Virus record (IMG/VR): IMGVR_UViG_3300038825_001395 | From: an uncultured virus (IMG/VR IMGVR_UViG_3300038825_001395) | Lineage: Duplodnaviria > Heunggongvirae > Uroviricota > Caudoviricetes | DNA: 64,000 bases | Strand: one strand, 5' to 3' | In this document: in pieces, positions 20,239-29,549 of the stretch | How the letters are laid out: every line of letters begins with the position of its first letter | Position numbering within the stretch: the stretch's first letter is position 1 | The notes under the pieces: model-generated | Database searches by the model: none | What the model saw: only the letters and a program-made list of their open reading frames with translations | Told to the model about the DNA's origin: nothing | Made by a program: the position numbers and the translations under genes

Positions 20239-22127
20239 TAATCAAAATACTCCAATGTTTTTTTAAGAGCATCTACTTGAACTTTTATTTCACTATTATC
20301 TTTTTGATTAGTTGTAAATTGCATTAAATTTTTTTGTAGTTTCTCAGCAATAGGAACATCACCCCAACCTATTTTGTTATCTTTAAAACAAGGTTCTTGG
20401 TTTTGAGTTTTCCAAGCAGCATAAATCCCATCGCCACCAAACTCAATATATTTTTTTCTAAAAGTTTGCCATTCAATACCGTATTTTTCACCATTAAACA
20501 AAGCACCAAATGTATAATAAGAATTAATAAAACCATCAGGTGACTTCTGTGGTTTCAACAAATCAGTATTACTATCGAGTATTGTTTTTAAATACGAATT
20601 ACCAGCTTTAATTCTCTTATCACAAAATTCTTCCATTCTTTCAGTTTGAGCTAAGGCAACAGCACCACATAACTCTGGCATTCTGTAATTGTAAGCCATA
20701 ACATTGTGTCGTTTCCAATTAGGATCTTGAAACTTATCTCTTGATATTCTAACTTTTCCACTACTAGCAGTTAAATTTTTAAATCCTACACCACCAAATT
20801 GTCTCATACTTTTTGCTAATTTTTCATCGTTAGTAGTAACTATCCCACCATCACCACACGATAGATGCTTTGAATTTTCAAAACTCCAACTACCTATATG
20901 TCCGATAGTACCTGATATATCACCATTATTATCTTTTGCTAAAAAACATTGAGCACAATCCTCTAATACATATAATCCATACTTATCAGCAATATTCATT
21001 ATAGAATCCATATCACACATTAAACCATATATGTGAACTGCCATTATAGCTTTAGTTTTATGTGTAATTTTATTTTCCACATCTTTACAATCCATAAGAA
21101 AAGTATCTTCTCTGACATCACAAAAAACAGGAACTGCACCTGTTTGCCATATTGAATATCCACACATAGCAGGTGTTAATGCTGGGACAATAACTTCATC
21201 ACCAACTCCAACTCCAAAGGCATTTAGAGCAGCATGTAAAGTTGATGTTCCTGAGTTGAAACCTATAGCATATTTTTGATTGTGTTTTTCTGAAAATAAT
21301 CTCTCTACTCTCTCAACCATAGTCCCATCTTCACCAGCACTAAACCCACTATCTAAAGTCTTAGTTAAGTAATCAGTTTCATTTCCTCTAAATCTCCAAC
21401 CCTTATCCACACCTAATTGGTTTTTTTTCCATTCTTCTTCTCTAAAATAATTTATATCAACAACCGACTCATTTTTTAAAAGATAATTCAACACATCTTT
21501 AAATGTAAAATTATCATTTAAATTTTCTATCACATTTTTAAAGAACTCAAAATCTTCTTGATAGTCTAGTGTCATTCTTATATTTTGTTTTTTAAAATAA
21601 TGAGGCACATCTGTTAGTTGACTTACTTTAAAATCTTTATTTTTTAAAAAGTTTACAATTTCATGTGGTTCAATAATTTGGTTTTTTTTATCTTCTATAA
21701 CTTCTTCTAAAAAAGTATCCTTAAAACCATAAGTGTCATTGTATAAACCTTGACCATTGACAAAATCGTTATCTTCTAATTGTTCAAAACATAAATCTGC
21801 TAATTTATGGTCATAAAATAAATCATCACCATCAACTGTAACGAATGATTGACAAAGTCTTGACCTAGAAGCCCACCACCATCTATCAAGTTTGTCGTGC
21901 TCACTACCCCTAAAAACATCAACTCCATTCTTTTTTGCAATATCATATAAAATATCATCTTCACCATTTAAAGTCGTACATAAAACAATCTTATTAGCAT
22001 ATTTTGATTTTTTTACACTATCTATCACATACTCAATAGTATATTTACCTTTTATTTTTAAAATAGACTTATTGGGTAACCTAGATGAACCAGTTCTTAC
22101 TGATATGAATATAGCTTTAACCATCAT
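20238..22127 (-). CDS. Fusion of SpsF/NeuA-type cytidylyltransferase and DegT aminotransferase
   Basis: N-terminal RTGSSRLPNK, FRGSEHD, RMTLDYQED; C-terminal NSGTSTLH, EDCAQ, SFENSKHLSCGDGG. Confidence 0.88.
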   Translation of the reverse strand: MMVKAIFISVRTGSSRLPNKSILKIKGKYTIEYVIDSVKKSKYANKIVLCTTLNGEDDILYDIAKKNGVDVFRGSEHDKLDRWWWASRSRLCQSFVTVDGDDLFYDHKLADLCFEQLEDNDFVNGQGLYNDTYGFKDTFLEEVIEDKKNQIIEPHEIVNFLKNKDFKVSQLTDVPHYFKKQNIRMTLDYQEDFEFFKNVIENLNDNFTFKDVLNYLLKNESVVDINYFREEEWKKNQLGVDKGWRFRGNETDYLTKTLDSGFSAGEDGTMVERVERLFSEKHNQKYAIGFNSGTSTLHAALNAFGVGVGDEVIVPALTPAMCGYSIWQTGAVPVFCDVREDTFLMDCKDVENKITHKTKAIMAVHIYGLMCDMDSIMNIADKYGLYVLEDCAQCFLAKDNNGDISGTIGHIGSWSFENSKHLSCGDGGIVTTNDEKLAKSMRQFGGVGFKNLTASSGKVRISRDKFQDPNWKRHNVMAYNYRMPELCGAVALAQTERMEEFCDKRIKAGNSYLKTILDSNTDLLKPQKSPDGFINSYYTFGALFNGEKYGIEWQTFRKKYIEFGGDGIYAAWKTQNQEPCFKDNKIGWGDVPIAEKLQKNLMQFTTNQKDNSEIKVQVDALKKTLEYFD

Positions 22128-22783
22128 AATGGAAATTTCTTACTTGTGTACATTTCAAATTGTTTAGATGCTTGTAACCTAGCCAATTGTTTTCCTGTAT
22201 CTGTATTCACTAAGCAATCAATCCATTCATTAGATTTGGTATGTAGTGTGTACTTTAAACTTTCTGGTATACAACTATAAATAATTGATTTATGTGTCAT
22301 ACCCAACTCCAAATGAATTCCATTTTCTTTTCTTGTTCGTTGTTCCACATCAAATCCACTTTTCTCTGCAGCCCATTTTACTGCTTTAGCATAACCACCA
22401 TTACCCAATATAACCAATGGTTTTCTATTATCATAATTTGATAGAAATTGTTCAGCAGCCCAAGCATCTGTGTTGTAAGCTTTCAAACTACCATTTGTAT
22501 TAATAACAGTATTAGCAGCTCCTATCTCCTTAACAGAATCTTCCATATCATGAACATACTTTAATACTTCCACTTTATATGGCATTGTTATAGCAAACCC
22601 TTTAATATCTAAAGTTAAGACAGCATTAACAGCATCCTCAATGTTCCTTACTGAAAAAGATTTATATATCTTATTCAATCCATAATAATAAAATGCTGTG
22701 TTCATCATCTGACAACCTGTGTTACCAGCATCCTTAGCAAATGAACAATATAATTCTGTGTTTTTATCTACCCAACGATTCAC
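22124..22783 (-). CDS. Shikimate dehydrogenase-like (SdhL class) oxidoreductase
   Basis: GFAITMPYK, IGAANT, YNTD, GNGGYAKA. Confidence 0.8.
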   Translation of the reverse strand: MNRWVDKNTELYCSFAKDAGNTGCQMMNTAFYYYGLNKIYKSFSVRNIEDAVNAVLTLDIKGFAITMPYKVEVLKYVHDMEDSVKEIGAANTVINTNGSLKAYNTDAWAAEQFLSNYDNRKPLVILGNGGYAKAVKWAAEKSGFDVEQRTRKENGIHLELGMTHKSIIYSCIPESLKYTLHTKSNEWIDCLVNTDTGKQLARLQASKQFEMYTSKKFPL

Positions 22784-23702
22784 TTAAAACTCTCTTTGCA
22801 ATTTGTCCAGCACTCAACCCATACTTTTCGTATAAATCTTTAGGTGGTGCTGATTCAGGAAATATATCATTCAATCCAATTCTTACAAGTTTCTTAGGGC
22901 ATTCATCAGTTAATACCTCTGATACTGCTGAACCTAATCCACCAATTATTGAATGGTCTTCAACCGTAAATAGTATGTCACTTGTTTTTGCACATTCCAC
23001 AATTGTATCCGTATCTATTGGTTTAAGTGTTGGTATATTTACAACTCTAACACTATAAGATGTGTTATTTTCTATAAGTTTAGATGCGTTAATTACATCA
23101 CCTAAAATACAACCTGTAGAAAATAAAGTTATATCAGATGATAATGTGTTTCCATCTTTAACTATCTGACCTTTTCCAAATTCAAATGGCATCTCTATAT
23201 CTTCAACTGGTTGTCTACCCAATCTCAAATAGTGTGGTGATTCTAATTCTGTATCACATAGGTATTCAATAACTTTTATAGCCTCAGAATAAGATGCTGG
23301 ATTCAGTACAACCATATTAGGTAATGCTCTCATAATACTAACATCTTCTAATCCCATTTGAGTTACACCATCTTTACCAATAGCCATACCAACATGAGTT
23401 CCAACTAAAACTACTGGTCTGTTAGGATATGCTAAACTACATCTTATCATATCATACCTACCAGTAAGAAATGAACCAAACGATGCTAAGAATACTTTAT
23501 AATCATATTCTGATAAACCTGAGGCGACTCCAATCATATTAGCCTCAGCAATACCCATCTGAAAGAATCTATTAGGATGTACTTGTCCGAAACTAGCAAT
23601 CTTAGTAGCCTTACCTAAGTCAGCATCTAATGCCACTATGTTATTATGTTTCTCACCCATCACAGGTAAGTGTTCTCCAAATGCTTCTCTTGTAGCCCTC
23701 AT
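22764..23702 (-). CDS. Transketolase, C-terminal subunit
   Basis: LDADL, GIAEANMIG, DGVTQ, VEDHSIIGGLG. Confidence 0.92.
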   Translation of the reverse strand: MRATREAFGEHLPVMGEKHNNIVALDADLGKATKIASFGQVHPNRFFQMGIAEANMIGVASGLSEYDYKVFLASFGSFLTGRYDMIRCSLAYPNRPVVLVGTHVGMAIGKDGVTQMGLEDVSIMRALPNMVVLNPASYSEAIKVIEYLCDTELESPHYLRLGRQPVEDIEMPFEFGKGQIVKDGNTLSSDITLFSTGCILGDVINASKLIENNTSYSVRVVNIPTLKPIDTDTIVECAKTSDILFTVEDHSIIGGLGSAVSEVLTDECPKKLVRIGLNDIFPESAPPKDLYEKYGLSAGQIAKRVLSESLGR

Positions 23703-23703
23703 C

Positions 23704-24471
23704 TTAAACTCCTAACTCTTTCATAGCGATTTCATATTCCTCTTCCGTAGGAACTTTACAATGCCAAGATGGATTTTCCATAAAAGAAACTCCCTTGCCT
23801 TTTATAGTATCCAATATAACACACAAAGGTTTACCGACTTCTACAGTTTCAAATGAATTTCTTATAGCATCCATATCATGTCCGTCAATAACTGTGGTAG
23901 TCCAACCAAAAGATGATATTCTTTCTTCAAGATTGTCATACATAATACTGAAATCTTTTGAGTATCCGTCATTCTGACCTTTATTCCAATCAATAATACA
24001 TACTAAATTATGTAAATCAGTTTTTGGATAATACATCAAAGCCTCCCACACTTGACCTTCTTGTAATTCTCCATCACCCAATACACAAAATATTGTACCA
24101 TCTTCGTTTTTTAACTTCTTACCAAGTGAGTGTCCGATAGCTATACTCAAACCTTGTCCTAAAGAACCTGTTGTAGCATCCATTAATGGTAATCTTAATT
24201 TATCAGGATGTCCTTGAAGTGGTGAATCAATTTCTCTGAATAAATCTAAATCATCATCACTAATCTGACCTAACTCGTGCAACACAGCATATATAATTGG
24301 AACAGCGTGTCCTTTAGATAAAATCAATTTATCTTTACCACCAATATCATAGTCTTCATACAGTACAGCAGTTAGTTCAGCCATAGAGAAAGCCCCACCT
24401 ATATGACCTGATTGTTTAGCTACAACCATGTCTATTACTTTCTTTCTTAGTATGTTTGGATTAATTTTCAT
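23704..24471 (-). CDS. Transketolase, N-terminal TPP-binding subunit
   Basis: SGHIGG, LSKGH, LQGHP, TGSLGQG, GDGELQEG. Confidence 0.93.
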   Translation of the reverse strand: MKINPNILRKKVIDMVVAKQSGHIGGAFSMAELTAVLYEDYDIGGKDKLILSKGHAVPIIYAVLHELGQISDDDLDLFREIDSPLQGHPDKLRLPLMDATTGSLGQGLSIAIGHSLGKKLKNEDGTIFCVLGDGELQEGQVWEALMYYPKTDLHNLVCIIDWNKGQNDGYSKDFSIMYDNLEERISSFGWTTTVIDGHDMDAIRNSFETVEVGKPLCVILDTIKGKGVSFMENPSWHCKVPTEEEYEIAMKELGV

Positions 24472-25093
24472 TATGTACTTTCTCCTTCAACAATCCCACA
24501 GAGATATGAGTTATCTTAGACAAAATATCTTCGAAGTGAAAGTTATTGTTATTACCACCTGTTTGACCAGGAAATTCTGATGTACCTTCAAGTGATATAG
24601 TTAAATCAGCAAAGTCATTACAATTATTAACTGAGTTTCTTGTAACTAATATTGTTTTCATACCTCTATCTTTAGCAACTCTAAATGCTTCTAAAACATT
24701 CTTAGAATTACCTGAACCGGACATGCCAAATACAATGTCACCTTCAACACCTTGATACTTTAGTTGTTCACTAAATATAAATCTAAACCCTAAATCATTA
24801 CCGATGCCAGTAATACTAGCTTGGTCACTACACAAACTAACACATTTGAATTTGTTTCGTGGAATAGTCTGAGCTCCTTTATCTTCTGATACGAAAGGAT
24901 GCATGTTCATATCTACAACTAAGTTTTGGACAGATGCTACATTTCCACCATTGCCACAAGCAAATACTGTTTGTTCATTTTCATAAGCATCAAAAACCAT
25001 CTCTACAAACTTAGCTATTTTCTCACTTGAAATAGAGCTAAATACATCTGTTGATTCTCTTTTATATAAATCTATTAATTTAACCTTGTCCAT
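24461..25093 (-). CDS. SIS-domain phosphoheptose isomerase-like (GmhA-like)
   Basis: CGNGGN, IGND, MSGSGNSKNV. Confidence 0.85.
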   Translation of the reverse strand: MDKVKLIDLYKRESTDVFSSISSEKIAKFVEMVFDAYENEQTVFACGNGGNVASVQNLVVDMNMHPFVSEDKGAQTIPRNKFKCVSLCSDQASITGIGNDLGFRFIFSEQLKYQGVEGDIVFGMSGSGNSKNVLEAFRVAKDRGMKTILVTRNSVNNCNDFADLTISLEGTSEFPGQTGGNNNNFHFEDILSKITHISVGLLKEKVHNEN

Positions 25094-25119
25094 TTGTTCT
25101 CCAAGTTTATGTTACCTAT

Positions 25120-25148
25120 AATATACACAAAAACACCATAAAAGTCAA
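25120..25148 (-). promoter_or_regulatory. sigma70-type promoter TTGACT-17-TATATT
   Basis: -35 at 25143-25148 overlaps the upstream TGA stop. Confidence 0.75.
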
Positions 25149-26686
25149 GCAGTATTAAGATGTTTTGACAGTAAATATTTTCCATATAAAAACAAAAAAT
25201 TTCCATACTTACCATCTTTAAAATTATCATACAATGTACAAATATTTAAATATTGTAATATACCTAATAACTCAACCTTACTCCAAATATAATTATTTTT
25301 GTGACAAAAATCAAGAAAAATCTGGTTAAAAAATACTAAATTACTTTTCGCATAAAAGTTTAAGTTTGCTGTGTTGGAAGTTATAGTATAATCAAACATA
25401 TCATTCAAAATACATTTACCATTTATTAGTATGGCATGGTATAATTTAGCCAAATCATAGTAAGTGTCACCTACTTCTAAATTACTACCAAATTGTTGTC
25501 TCCAATCTATCAATACAAATTTATCATTATCCTCATCATAGAGTATATTTTCTGGTTGTAAATCACCATGAAAGTGTGTAGGTTTACCATTAGTAATTAA
25601 CCAGTTCCAATCAATTTCATCTAACATATCTTCAACAGGTCTAACACTAATTCCATTTATAACAGAAATATTATCAAGTTCCGAACCAGATAATGATTTA
25701 ATCCTTTCCTTAGTTTTAACTTCATACATGTTTTTACAATCTTCAAAAAATGTATCGCTTGGTTGTTGAGTAAACCATAACGAAGATTGACACTCATCTA
25801 AAAATTTTTTCATCAAACTTTCATCTGAAATATTAGATAGTAGTTTACCACGAATATAATCGTAGGCATACATATTATCATTAATCACTTGGACATCAGG
25901 ACAATTTTTTAGATATTTTAATCTATCAACTCTCATCTTAACCTTTTGTATATTGTCAAAATACTTTATGACTTTACCATTATCAATGAAGATAGCCTCA
26001 TCACTTTTGTTTGCAACCACATCGTTTGGGAATGATTTTTTAGTCTCCATATACGATTTATTATTACCTGTATCGTACCATGTAAAATCTATAATATTCA
26101 TTTTATCCAAACCTATTATACCAGAATCTACTTGGTATTCATTTTTAACTACCGACTTCATTTTCAACTTAGTCCAAAATGTTTTATAATCATAGATTCC
26201 ACACATACCTATAAATGCTTTATCACCAACACCATAGTATAACTCATCAAGATGTTTGTCGCCTCTAACCAAACAATAATTTAAAGAAATTTCCTTATCT
26301 ATTTTTGATACACCAATCCAATTTTTATCTTTTGGTAGAAGATAAAAATCTTCATCTACTATAGTATCTACAGCGGTATACATAAAAGAATCTTGTAATT
26401 CTTTTTCACAACACAACAAACTATAACCAGGACCAGAACCTTGTTCATCATAATTATCAACATAAACGAAAGTTAATTTTCTATCACTATGCACATACTC
26501 AACATAACTTCTTACTTGTTCAGCATTATAACCCAAAGCAATTACAATTTCAACTTCACCATTTACTTTATCTATTATATGTGATATAACAGGTTTATTT
26601 TCTAATGGTAATAACGCCTTATGTAGACCAGAAACATTTGTATTTCTAGTTCCACGACCAGCAGCTAATATACAGAATTTATTCAA
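25145..26686 (-). CDS. Sugar-phosphate nucleotidyltransferase fused to APH/choline-kinase-like phosphotransferase
   Basis: ILAAGRGTR...KALLP, WYDTG; HGDLQPENI, LIDWR, YDLAKL. Confidence 0.85.
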   Translation of the reverse strand: MNKFCILAAGRGTRNTNVSGLHKALLPLENKPVISHIIDKVNGEVEIVIALGYNAEQVRSYVEYVHSDRKLTFVYVDNYDEQGSGPGYSLLCCEKELQDSFMYTAVDTIVDEDFYLLPKDKNWIGVSKIDKEISLNYCLVRGDKHLDELYYGVGDKAFIGMCGIYDYKTFWTKLKMKSVVKNEYQVDSGIIGLDKMNIIDFTWYDTGNNKSYMETKKSFPNDVVANKSDEAIFIDNGKVIKYFDNIQKVKMRVDRLKYLKNCPDVQVINDNMYAYDYIRGKLLSNISDESLMKKFLDECQSSLWFTQQPSDTFFEDCKNMYEVKTKERIKSLSGSELDNISVINGISVRPVEDMLDEIDWNWLITNGKPTHFHGDLQPENILYDEDNDKFVLIDWRQQFGSNLEVGDTYYDLAKLYHAILINGKCILNDMFDYTITSNTANLNFYAKSNLVFFNQIFLDFCHKNNYIWSKVELLGILQYLNICTLYDNFKDGKYGNFLFLYGKYLLSKHLNTA

Positions 26687-27163
26687 TTAGTTTCCTTCGT
26701 GCTCTGTATTTATTTTACCACTTCCTCTATCCGAATCATCCTCGAATCTAATACAATCGTTTAGATGTGCAGTAGAACATTCAAGTGCAGTATAATCTGT
26801 TGTAGCTATAACTCTATGTTTAGTCTTTAATGGAACACACCAACCATCACCAGCTTTATAAGTTCTCGATTCCATTGTTCCATCTTCATTTTGTAATAGA
26901 ACTTCGGCCTCACCTTCAATAACATAATTGGTTTCTACTTTTTTCTCATGCCATTGTAAACTACTTTGGTAGCCTTTGTTCATGTGAATTAGTTTATAAG
27001 CATAATGTTCATTTAATTCTAACCATAGTTCATATCCCCATGGCTTCTCAACTCTGTATGAACTAATGTCCAAGCGATGAGATTTGTTCTCATCTATTTT
27101 ATCTTTGTATTCTTCCAATGCTTCTTTTACCCAAGCATCTTCAATGTGACTATATTTCGACAT
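26687..27163 (-). CDS. Cupin (type II mannose-6-phosphate isomerase-like)
   Basis: KPWGYE, SLQWHEKKVE, KHR, ECST. Confidence 0.85.
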   Translation of the reverse strand: MSKYSHIEDAWVKEALEEYKDKIDENKSHRLDISSYRVEKPWGYELWLELNEHYAYKLIHMNKGYQSSLQWHEKKVETNYVIEGEAEVLLQNEDGTMESRTYKAGDGWCVPLKTKHRVIATTDYTALECSTAHLNDCIRFEDDSDRGSGKINTEHEGN

Positions 27164-27521
27164 CTTTAACTCCTGTATCTCGTTTCAAATTTATTGCAAT
27201 TGCAGTATCACCATCTCTATGTGGCTTTAAATCATTAATTAAAACTCTTGTGCCACCACCGATTCCCATGATTAGTCTATCGTAAATTATACCAGCTTCT
27301 CTTAGTTGTCTTTCTGTTGTTTCTCTCATACCTTCTTTTCTACCAGTGGTCAATATAATCATATGACCAGCCTTATCCCAATCCCATAATTTTTTTAAGG
27401 TTTCAGGTAATGGCCGCATGACTTTTTTATCGAAATCGTAATCACCCATTTCTGATGAATAAGGATAATAACATAAAGTTCCGTCTATATCACAAAATAT
27501 TGTTTTTGGTTTATTATTCAC
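27150..27521 (-). CDS. HAD-family phosphatase
   Basis: FCDIDGTL, LTTGR, RVLIND. Confidence 0.85.
   Translation of the reverse strand: MNNKPKTIFCDIDGTLCYYPYSSEMGDYDFDKKVMRPLPETLKKLWDWDKAGHMIILTTGRKEGMRETTERQLREAGIIYDRLIMGIGGGTRVLINDLKPHRDGDTAIAINLKRDTGVKDVEI
27483..27521 (-). repeat. 39-bp imperfect direct repeat, copy 1 (5' end of HAD gene)
   Basis: 36/39 identical to 29511-29549. Confidence 0.85.
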
Positions 27522-28374
27522 TTTCTAATTCCTTTAAAATATCCTCTTCAGATAAATTTCTATATCTTATTATGTCATAATCAGTTTTTCCTTCTTGATT
27601 ATCAACCATAGCTGGAGTATATGTACTAAATGATTTTTTAACTATATCTGTTGATAATAGTCCTAACTTTCTTAAATGCCACACCATTAAAAAATGATTT
27701 GATATCGTATTCCATTGTGGACATTGACCTGGTAAAGTATATTCATCTATTTTATCAAATAAAGTTGTAAAATTATCCATATTTTCAGAACTAGATGCGA
27801 AAATGTGATCTAATATTTCAATAGGAGTATGTTTTCCCCCATCAGGCCATCCATAAGTAGGTTCATCAGGAAAAATTGGAATATGAAATTTACTATCTTC
27901 ATTCCACCATTCCAATTCATTCATTTTTACCAATTTACTAAAATCAAATGGTTTATTAAAACACAAGTCAAATCTAGCATTAACAACTAAATCATATTTA
28001 AAATTATTCTCTTTTTCATATTCACTTTTAAGTTTCATCACCTCTTTAAATCCATACCACCTACTTTGATATGCAAATACTCTTCTGGTATTTCCATATT
28101 TCAAGTGTTCCGGACATTCAAAGTCAATTTGTGGTATCAATTTCATCTTTTTGGGATTTAATTCTTTTTTGAATTCATTCTCTTTATCTGTTTCCCAACT
28201 AAAAATAAAAATATCTACATCATTTTCATCTACTACATATTTCCTTAAAAATTTAGAAGTGTATCTTAACGCTAATCCTGATAAGTATTTATAATCATCC
28301 TTAGCAGCAGAATCTACATTTTTTTCTGTACCAAATCCCCCAACTAAACCATTTATTGTATAAGCTATTCTCAT
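27514..28374 (-). CDS. Hypothetical glycosyltransferase-like protein
   Basis: DIFIFSWE, YDLVVNARFDL. Confidence 0.55.
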   Translation of the reverse strand: MRIAYTINGLVGGFGTEKNVDSAAKDDYKYLSGLALRYTSKFLRKYVVDENDVDIFIFSWETDKENEFKKELNPKKMKLIPQIDFECPEHLKYGNTRRVFAYQSRWYGFKEVMKLKSEYEKENNFKYDLVVNARFDLCFNKPFDFSKLVKMNELEWWNEDSKFHIPIFPDEPTYGWPDGGKHTPIEILDHIFASSSENMDNFTTLFDKIDEYTLPGQCPQWNTISNHFLMVWHLRKLGLLSTDIVKKSFSTYTPAMVDNQEGKTDYDIIRYRNLSEEDILKELESE

Positions 28375-28377
28375 ATT

Positions 28378-29484
28378 TTACCCTTGTGTTTCATCGTGAT
28401 GTGAAAGTGAAGATACACATTTATTACAAACAGGATGTTTCCAATATTCGCCTTTTCTATGTATATCTCTTAAAAATTTAAGTTCTGGACTTTTCCAAGT
28501 CTCTTCTATAGTTCTCATAACTAACTTACTCTTATCCTTACTTGATTCCAATGGTGATTGTCTCTCACCAATATTTTCAGTTGTAGAATATTTTACATCT
28601 GGTTTTGTGTTACTTTTCAGTTTAGCTACAGATAATTCCGCACCGAAAAAAGTACAACAAGGTAATATATCACCATTGTATCTTATTGCCATATGATTAA
28701 ATGGCTGTGGACACTTAAATTCCTTTATTCCCGCAACCTTAACACCTTCTGTTGGTTTTACAATATTTACCAAATCTTGTATCGCAACAGCATCAACTTT
28801 ATCTTTCCAATACTCAATAAAATCTTCCATCTCATGTTCATTTGTATCTGTTTGGACAAAATTAACTCTAACAGTTGGTAATTCGGATTTCATTTCACTT
28901 CTAATTTTCATAAATCTATTAACATTAGATATTACCTTGTCAAAATTACCACCAACTCTAATTATATCAAAAATTTCTTTAGTAGCAGCATCTAGGGATA
29001 TTTGTAGTCGTGTCAAACCCGAAGTGATAATTTCTTTTGATATTTTTTCAGTTAATAATGAACCATTAGTGCTCATATATATATCAAGAATACCAGCATC
29101 TCTAGCATAAGTTATAAACTTAATTAAATCTTTTCTAATTAATGGTTCATTTATATAATTTAGTCTAATACACTTTAGTCCTTTTTTAACACCTTCATCT
29201 ATAACTTCCTTATAAACTTCAAAATCAAACCAAGTTTCTTTGCCATATTTACCAGTAACTTCTTCACTCCAAGTACACATTGGACACCTAAAATTACAAG
29301 AATAATTTAACTCAAAATCTAATTGAATTGGAAAGTCTGGAACAGGTCCTAACTCATATGACCTTTGCCATAACTCTCTATAGTCATCATAGGCATCAGA
29401 GTCTACATATTTTTTTATTACATCATGTAGATTTTTACTTTCATAAACTCTAGTTATATCTTTTTTATTTTCTGTTCTTGGCAT
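28378..29484 (-). CDS. Radical SAM protein with SPASM/twitch domain
   Basis: CNFRCPMC, NEPL, STNG, ISLDA, CPQPF...GDILPCC, CNKC. Confidence 0.92.
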   Translation of the reverse strand: MPRTENKKDITRVYESKNLHDVIKKYVDSDAYDDYRELWQRSYELGPVPDFPIQLDFELNYSCNFRCPMCTWSEEVTGKYGKETWFDFEVYKEVIDEGVKKGLKCIRLNYINEPLIRKDLIKFITYARDAGILDIYMSTNGSLLTEKISKEIITSGLTRLQISLDAATKEIFDIIRVGGNFDKVISNVNRFMKIRSEMKSELPTVRVNFVQTDTNEHEMEDFIEYWKDKVDAVAIQDLVNIVKPTEGVKVAGIKEFKCPQPFNHMAIRYNGDILPCCTFFGAELSVAKLKSNTKPDVKYSTTENIGERQSPLESSKDKSKLVMRTIEETWKSPELKFLRDIHRKGEYWKHPVCNKCVSSLSHHDETQG

Positions 29485-29498
29485 ACTATAGTTTCTTC

Positions 29499-29549
29499 TT
29501 AAAACATTTTGTCTATATCAAAAAATGTTGTTTTTGGTTTATTATTCAT
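29499..29549 (-). pseudogene. Truncated remnant of the HAD phosphatase 5' end (MNNKPKTTFFDIDKMF*)
   Basis: Matches MNNKPKTIFCDID of 27150-27521. Confidence 0.75.
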
